Assembly: GCA_964016885.1 (NCBI GenBank)
Contig: OZ024747.1
Coordinates: forward strand, 39,866,001 to 39,930,000
Origin: Eledone cirrhosa
Lineage: Eukaryota
Direction: 5' to 3'
Length of the DNA stretch: 64,000 nucleotides
In this document: piece after piece, positions 55,877 to 64,000 of the stretch
How positions within the stretch are numbered: position 1 is the first letter of the stretch
How the letters are laid out: each line of letters opens with the position of its first letter
Notes under the pieces: generated by a model
Seen by the model: only the letters and a program-made list of their open reading frames with translations
Database searches by the model: none
Told to the model about the DNA's origin: nothing
Program-made: the position numbers and the translations under genes

Positions 55877-56977
55877 ACTAGGGCTATAACACCCCACTTG
55901 CCGATTTTGCAATGGGTAACCCCTGCTTGCCAAGGAAGACGTAAGATCTTCTTTGTATTCTTTTATCGCTTCCTTTATTTCCTTCCCCCCTCTCTCCTTT
56001 GTCCTTCTACCCTAGCTCTTCTCCTTTGTCGGCGTCTTTTCTCGCCCACCCGAGGCTGCCCTTCGGCCCCATGTAGCCTTAGTACCCCCACCACCCCCTC
56101 CCCTAGTATATGATAGATTTGGCGGACTCCGCCCTTTATAGCAGTTGGCTTAGACCCCGGATACTTGCCCCCTTTTTCCGACCGCTCCCACTATTCTCTG
56201 TGCCCTCTATATTTCTTAGTGGCACTTATGCCTTATTTTTTCGTTTCAGAATTTCTTGCTTCGCTTTTCTTCTGGGCGGGGTGGATTCTGAATTTATTTC
56301 TCCGTATTCTACCTTTATTTCGTACGAACTTTCATGTAGCTTGTTTTAGATCTTTTAGAGTTAGCATTAGTATATATTTTTCTCGGGACTCAGAATTATT
56401 ATCTCGTACAAGTTCACTTTGCTGCACTGGGTCGTTGCTGGCCCGGGATGGAAACCTTTATTGTTTATTTCGTGGTAGTCTCTTTAGTATTTTGGCCCCT
56501 TTTGTTGACCCGTCACCGTATCATTTACGTACTTATACCTCTTAAAAGGGTCCTTGCCTATTTCGTCCCACCTAGTTCTTTTACTTATTTCGTTATTTAT
56601 TTATTTATTTATTTATTTACTTCTTTCTTTCTTTTTTTATTCTAGCCTAACAATAGCCTGACACCTAGGTCGTAGAATTTAATTTACTTTACTTTTTCTT
56701 TACACTTATTTGCTTTTCTTCACTCTCAGTATTTTTTCTTTCCTATTTCTACCCCCATTGTTCTACCTACCGTTCCGACTTCCTCCCCCTCCCCCTCCTC
56801 TGTATCTTCTTTGACCTCATGCCCAGCTGTAGCTGGCACTACCAACGCTTGATTGGGCCTACTCCACCCCCTCCCCTCTTTCTCCTACTGGCAGGTTTAG
56901 CCACCATCTCCCCTACTAATTTGCAACCACAGAATTACTACTGATTTTTGACAATCACTTTGACCATATATGGAATT

Positions 56978-57071
56978 ACCCCTTGAGAAGATCGGCTATT
57001 TAAATACCAGGATAAATTTTCATTTAGTCCAGAATTAGCCGTCGAAACGGCTTGAGCTCAGCTGTCGGGGT
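56978..57071 (+). ncRNA. Type I HHR, U3-A8 variant (right arm)
   Basis: ACCCC-UUGAGAA-GAuCGGCUA...UAGCCGUC-GAAA-CGGCUUGAGCUCAGCUG-UC-GGGGU. Confidence 0.75.
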
Positions 57072-57193
57072 CTTACTGGTTCCTATATATATATATATAT
57101 ATATATACATATTAGGAAAATAAGAAAAAAAGGAAGAAAATACTGTTGGGATTTTCTTATAGAATAGAGCAAGATATTTTTTTTAAGTAATTT

Positions 57194-57239
57194 ATAGTAC
57201 CTGCTTCAGCCGATAGATATTTCGGCTTCTTCATGCTAC
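57194..57239 (-). ncRNA. Degenerate HHR
   Basis: GUAG-CAUGAAGA-AGCCGA...UCGGCU-GAAG-CAGG-UA-CUAU; two core defects. Confidence 0.4.
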
Positions 57240-57446
57240 AGGAAATCTGATAAAAAGTATATACTAAAATTAAAGTGGATATTAATTAGAAGAGAACAGT
57301 TAGAGAACATAGTTTACATATACATAAAAATTCACATTTTCGTTTATCTCTTTCTCTGCCACTACCTTGGTGGTTTGGTCGTAGTAGCAGCTAAACTAGA
57401 AGTAGGTTTGTCCCCTGTTACTACCTACCGGCTGTTTACTTCAAGT

Positions 57447-57482
<36 letters not shown>

Positions 57483-57654
57483 TTAGTACTACTACTAGTA
57501 GTAGTAGTAGTAGAAGAAGAAGAAGAAGAAGAAGAAGAAGAAGAAGAAGAAGGTGTGGTAGTAAAAATAGGGGTATAGTAAAGGAGGGAGGAAAAGACTA
57601 AGGAGGAGAAAGAGAAGGAGACGATGGGCGGTGTGTTAGTAATATTATTAGGTG

Positions 57655-58000
57655 TTATATGCTTTGACGCATAAAGTCAATCTGAATTCAAATCCCGCCG
57701 AGGTCAACTTTGCCTTTCATCCTTACGGGTTCGATAAAAATAAAGTACCAGTAATGTACTGGCTAATTGTTGGCCTTGTGCCAAAAAGTAGAAACAATTA
57801 TTATTAGTAGTTGTGTGGATTGGCAGTATCGGTAGAGGGTCGGACGCCATGCTTTGACGCATAGAGTTACGGCCCTTGCCATTCTGAGTTCAAATCCCGC
57901 CGAGGTTAACTTTCATCCTTACGGGGTCGATAAAAATAAAGTACCAGTAATGTACTGGGTAATTGCTAGCCTTGTGCCAAAAGTAGAAACAATTATTAGT
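57655..58000 (+). mobile_element. Two tandem tRNA-derived SINEs
   Basis: B box TTCAAATCCCGCCGAGG, shared core and (ATT)n tails. Confidence 0.85.
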
Positions 58001-59099
58001 AGCAGTAGTAATAGAAGCTGTCCGTGGGACTGACCTTAAAATATATTTATCTTTCTTAGTATTAGAATTAATTTGTCCATTGTTGTTATAGTTGGGTTGT
58101 TGTAGCAGTTTCGTCTGTGGTGGATGCATTTAAACGGGGTTCACATTTTGTGATAAAGTATGATTATTTGCTAATGCGTTGACTGTGGGTAGCGTTGTCT
58201 TTAAATTATATATATATATATATATATATATACATGTGTGTGTGTGTGTGTGTGTGCTTGATTGTATGCATGCACATATACATGTCCGTATAAAAACACA
58301 AACCCACATGCGGTCACAAACACACACATATACACACACACAGACACACACATACACACACACACACAGGCACACACAGGCACACAGATGCACGCACACA
58401 CACACACACACACATATATATATACACACACACACATTCATTATAATAACGCTAAATAGTGAGTCTTGTTACGCTGAAGTTTTTCCTGTTTATCATAGTA
58501 TGTGTGTATGTCTGTCTGTGTGTATGTGCGTGTGTGTACGTGCACGTGCGTGTGTATGTGTATGTATTTGAGTGTATATGTATTCGTGTTTGTATGTCCA
58601 CAGAATGGAATAACACCATACATGTCATATAAACAAACAACTCTAAACTAATCCCAAAACAGTCATTTGCTGATGTCATTTAAACAAACGAGCTTCCTCA
58701 ACGTGGCAAGGGTTATCACTTATTTTTTAGATACTAGACACTTAAATATATTCTTCATGCAAATTATTTCTAGTTGATATGTCTTCTATTTTATATCATG
58801 GAATCATTATATAGTAAGATTAACATAATAGTAAAATGGCCGTCTATCTTTCATCAGATATCACACATAATTGATTAAAAGATACAATCGCAACAAGCGG
58901 CTAAAATAGATTAATGTCTCAAATTTATAACTGATGAAATAGAAAAATACTTGTGTGACATGTGTGCAGTGGAATGTACGAATATATACATTAACAGACA
59001 TACACACGCACACACACACAGTCAGTCGATCGACTTTCGTCAAATCGGACCGAGGAAACAATGCTATTACTATCTATCGTCGCAACTCCAGATAGAAGG

Positions 59100-59202
59100 A
59101 GCAGCGTGAAATAAAGTGTCTTGTTCAAGGACATAACGCATCGAACTCGCAACCTGACGATCGCGAATCCAATTCTCTTACCACTCAGCCACGCGCCTTC
59201 AC
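59100..59202 (-). mobile_element. 5' part of a second tRNA-derived SINE type
   Basis: Minus strand GAAGGCGCGTGGCTGAGTGGTAAGAG...GCGAGTTCGATGC (A and B boxes). Confidence 0.6.
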
Positions 59203-59292
<90 letters not shown>

Positions 59293-59298
<6 letters not shown>

Positions 59299-60464
59299 GG
59301 AAAAAATGAAACGATATTTCATTTCCCACTCTTAGTACGGCTGTTACTTAAATATAAGTATGTACACGTACATACATATATGTATACCGACGTACAGTAG
59401 TATGTATATATATATATACATACATGCACACATATATATATGCACGTATGGATTCACCGAACATTTATTATAATGCTCGGTGTGTTTGTAAACAAACATC
59501 CCGTATTAAGCCGTAGTGTCTAGCAACCACCGTTGCTTGTTTGTTCAACACTGACAAAGGAACGCTGTACTAGTTTCAAGCTTGTTAGCTATCGTCAGCA
59601 ACGTATACCTTCCTGCCAGATTGTTGAACGTATATACTTACCTTATGCATATTAACGGCTGAGTAGCCCAATTTGCATATCGAGTGGGTTAATCGGCCGG
59701 GTGCACCGAAAACGATAAACGGAAAAAATGAAACGATGTTTCATTTCCCACTCTTAGTACGGCTGTTACTTAAATATAAGTATGTACACGTACATACATA
59801 TATGTATACCGACGTACAGTAGTATGTATATATATATATACATGCACACATATATATATATGCACGTATGGATTAATATGGACACTACGGCTTAATACGG
59901 GATGTTTGTTTACAAACACACCGAGCATTATAATAAATGTTCGGTGAATCCATACGTGCATATATATATGTGTGCATGTATGTATATATATATATACATA
60001 CTACTGTACGTCGGTATACATATATGTATGTACGTGTACATACTTATATTTAAGTAACAGCCGTACTAAGAGTGGGAAATGAAATATCGTTTCATTTTTT
60101 CCGTTTATCGTTTTCGGTGCACCCGGCCGATTAACCCACTCGATATGCAAATTGGGCTACTCAGCCGTTAATATGCATAAGGTAAGTATATACGTTCAAC
60201 AATCTGGCAGGAAGGTATACGTTGCTGACGATAGCTAACAAGCTTGAAACTAGTACAACGTTCCTTTGTCAGTGTTGAACAAACGAGCAACGGTGGTTGC
60301 TAGACACTACGGCTTAATACGGGATGTTTGTTTACAAACACACCGAGCATTATAATAAATGTTCGGTGAATCCATACGTGCATATATATAAGTGTGCATG
60401 TATGTATATATATATATACATACTACTGTACGTCGGTATACATATATGTATGTACGTGTACATA

Positions 60465-60468
<4 letters not shown>
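59293..60468. mobile_element. Retrozyme-like array (family K), 422-bp unit, two opposed ~1.4-mers
   Basis: Period 59293>59715 and 59881>60303; HHRs at 59562-59604 (-) and 60219-60261 (+); TA flanks. Confidence 0.85.
60219..60261 (+). ncRNA. Type I HHR of family K
   Basis: ACGUUG-CUGACGA-uAGCU aaca AGCUu-GAAA-CUAG-UA-CAACGU. Confidence 0.85.
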
Positions 60469-60516
<48 letters not shown>

Positions 60517-62506
60517 TGCATAAATATATACATACGTACAAACACACATTCACACATATATACATACATATATATATGTATTGAGTTGTTTATGTATTTT
60601 CAACATTTATACATATAAATATATGTTTATGTCTTTATGTGTATGTATGTATATACACACATACAAAGACAAACACACACATATTGTAAAATGTAATAAA
60701 TTCATACACTTTATACATCTTTTATACGAGAAATATCTGATGTAAAGATCACACCACAAAAGATAGACAGTATTCATTGAAGCAGACGACAGTTGAATCG
60801 AACGGGAAAAACCCTTTTTGACATTAAAATCTCAACAAGATGCTAATGGGTTTTACATAGCTAATTGAAGGAAAAGTATTCCTGACAGCATCATTGATCC
60901 ATTTGGCTAATAATAGAATCGAAGCGACCATTTCCGGTTTTAGGAAGCTTGTTTAAATTTGACATCGGCTATTGGAGTATTTCGTGTACTGGTGATGGTG
61001 ATTGTCCTTGTTGCCAGAAGTGAAGAAATCTTATTTTATTTATATGTTAAAAGGATGACTACGCTTCACCCCAAATCCAAAGCAAATAAACAAGTCGATG
61101 TAACTGTTCATCGTTATAAATTCTCAGATATATAGTCAGTCAAAGATTGAATTTCAAAGAGAAAATCTATTGTCATCCATTCAACTACATTTGTTTGATA
61201 TACATAACATTTTTTGAGTGGGCTTGCCAGCTCTAAAGAGGAAACCTAGAATAACTTAACCTGGGTGGGTTTTCATATAATGAAAAGTATAATTTAGTCA
61301 GGATGGCTCACATATTCAATACGCATACGTTTGCTTCGGCACTTAGTTATAATAACCAAGCGTTTTCATATCGACCACACTTTTTATTCAAGATATCAGC
61401 TTCGTGAGAAAATGGGAGATGGCATTTATGTTGCAGAATGTTTGTAAATATTGCGACAGTTGATTGTTTCATTTCATTTGATCTCTCGAATTAGATGCAC
61501 GTTCACATTAAACTATAACCAAGCAATATCACATATATCTAACTGCTTTGCAATATACAACAATTTGTAGCTGGAAATAGGGCTTAGTTGGAGTTGTTTT
61601 AGAGAATCTTGTATGAAAGTAACGGAGCTAATCAAGTAGAAATAGGTCGATTCAATACTAATTGTTGGTAAACTGCGTTAGGTTAGAAAATACATGTGTT
61701 AAATGTAAAGGTGAGTATGACATTTCATTAAGTTTCATATATGTGGCAAAAATATGGCAAACAGTGGAGTTGAAATAATTCATTACTATAGTGATTTTTA
61801 TAATAATATAATTATATGCAATAAGGCTAATTATAATTTGGGGTTTACGTTGAACAAAGCTAAACTTATTTAGAAGTTACAAGGGAAACGTAAGACAATA
61901 AATAATAGTAAGGTATGGAGAAATTAATAATAATTATGATAAAAAGAATCAAAATTTTAAAGTAGTGCGTGGCAAACCTGTACATATTTAGTAAGTGTAA
62001 AGGAGAAATATATAGGGTAATTCCAAACGATATTTTAAACTACCTCGAGTTATTAAAGCCTGAAATATTAGTGGCGATAACCTGTATATTAAATATACCT
62101 TCTGTGAAAGTATTACAATACTATAACATATCAAGTAATATATATTCAAAATAGCACAAGTAGTTAGTAATAGGGGCTGTAGCAGTTAATGTTAGGATTT
62201 ATATTCTTTATACGAAATAGGACGTATGTCAGAGTAAAATATTATCAAAACTAGTGTAGTTAATATGAAACCTGGTGAAGATATCTAATAAATGATTGAT
62301 AAGTATTAATATGTATCAATAATTTATTATTAAAACTGTCGTCCCACTGCCTAAATAGATCGCAAAGTCAAATAGGCTGGTTTCGGCAAAGGTATACATT
62401 TTGTCAGTTGCTTTGACATACGTGCGCGCGGAAAGGTGTGTGTAAGAGGGTATATGTATTAGTTTGTGCACGCACGCACATAGGAGTAATTATATATATA
62501 TATATA

Positions 62507-62579
<73 letters not shown>

Positions 62580-63107
62580 CAAGCAAACACAGTCGAACAT
62601 ACACTCTGTTTCATGGAAGCATGACTCACCCATATCATTCTTATGTGCCTACCTATAGCACACGTATAATGCAATAAATATTTTGAAGCAAGTATGTACA
62701 ATGATGAACGTATTTTAAAGCAAATATATTATATTCGACTTTTAGATTTTTCCTATATTTCACTCCTTCTCCTTACTATGTATTTTCCTATACATATTTA
62801 TATTCGCGCATCAACCTGTCTATCAATTTATCCATCCTAATCTCACACATACATATGCATTTATGATAGTAATAAACCGCTTCTAGAAAAGAGTTTAACA
62901 AAATTAGTCATACATGTGTCAGTAGTAAGAAACAAAAGAAAATATATTCAAGAATAAAATGATCTGTTCTTAGATAATATCCAAACTTTTATTAAAGCAG
63001 ATTACCATTATGAAACAGAGGTGATATTTTAACGCAAGGATCCTTTTAGTACTGCTTACCGCTTCAAATCTAGTCTCACCATTTGAAAATGTTGCCTTTA
63101 TAATATA

Positions 63108-64000
63108 CTAGCAGAGCCATACGGTGTTGCCCGGAAATGAAATTGTTCCTTATATATTACAAGAAAAAAGCAAAATATGTTCTTTAGAAATTTGTTATTC
63201 TAAATTCAGTTTATTCTTCAATTAGGATACATGATGAAATCAATTCTGAATTCATAATACAAAATTAAAAAAAATAATAATATACGAAAATACAAAATAT
63301 GTGATAAATTCTGTCACATATGTTGAAGGAAATTACATAAGAGCTTCTGGGAAAACAACATTCTTTGTTTTCTGGTTTGGAGCACAGACAAATAAGTCTT
63401 GTAAACACCCACACTGGAGCAATCAATATAAAGTTGACTATGAGAATAGCAATGTTCAATTAAGTGCAAGCAAGTAGATTTCAAAGTCTGACCTCCAGCT
63501 TTATTAATAGACATTGCGAAGCAAAGTCGAAATGGGGATTGCGTTTATTTGAACTCAAATGGCATGTCTGTTGGTTTGATTGGAATTCTTGGAATGAAAA
63601 CCTCTTCCCCAGAAGCATATCCAGTGATGATGGTAGCTTCTATCACATTAGGAGATAATGTCTTCACAAACAATCTTGTCTCTTTGCATAACTTAGAATG
63701 ATCTAAATTTTTTAGAAGCATTATTGGGACTCTTACCTTCAGAAAACGTTTTTTTGTGGAGGAGTTCCAGGGCCTCAAGAGAATTAAGGAACACTGTTGG
63801 CTAGTGGACAGCTTGATTTCCATCAAGGACGGAATCAACTGTTTTGTACTCCTTATTCATGGTTAATCCTTGCTACTGACTCATCTTTTTGTGTTGTTTT
63901 GGGAGCAAGAATTGCCCTCTCACACAACCATTTATATGAATTATAAATATTACTTAAGTCTGGAAATTCAGCTGGGGAACTCACTATGGTAGCAATATGA
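63108..64000 (-). mobile_element. Helitron 3' end with decayed Pif1-like helicase
   Basis: LKVRVPIMLLKNLD..KLC.ETRL.V...VFIPRIP...PFEFK and FAMSINKAGGQTL...HSQLY; terminus CCGGGCAACACCG...CTAG followed by T. Confidence 0.85.

Larger units (their letters stand above)
53103..57084. mobile_element. ~4-kb near-perfect fold-back of a 5'-truncated Neptune-type Penelope-like element (family A)
   Basis: Two divergent GIY-YIG ORFs with ~1.2-kb 3' UTRs; arms almost identical; left arm 80 nt longer; TA flanks. Confidence 0.92.

Overview
AT-rich, microsatellite-saturated animal genomic DNA with no recognisable host protein-coding gene. The repeat content resembles cephalopod (octopus-like) DNA, but that is inference. 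Most of the window is transposable-element debris: four Penelope-like (Neptune-type, C-terminal GIY-YIG) fragments, RTE/RTEX, Tx1/L1 and CRE-like LINE pieces, a mariner derivative, a Helitron 3' end and many tRNA-derived SINEs. The main signal is a set of at least ten different element families inserted in (TA)n tracts. They share one asymmetric fold-back layout, and most carry type I hammerhead ribozyme (HHR) motifs, often with a palindromic stem III. Two related families are tandem 466-bp and 422-bp non-coding HHR units resembling retrozymes. Two HHR designs have a U3-A8 core instead of the usual C3-G8. All folds were read by eye; most short ORFs in the supplied track are microsatellite artefacts.
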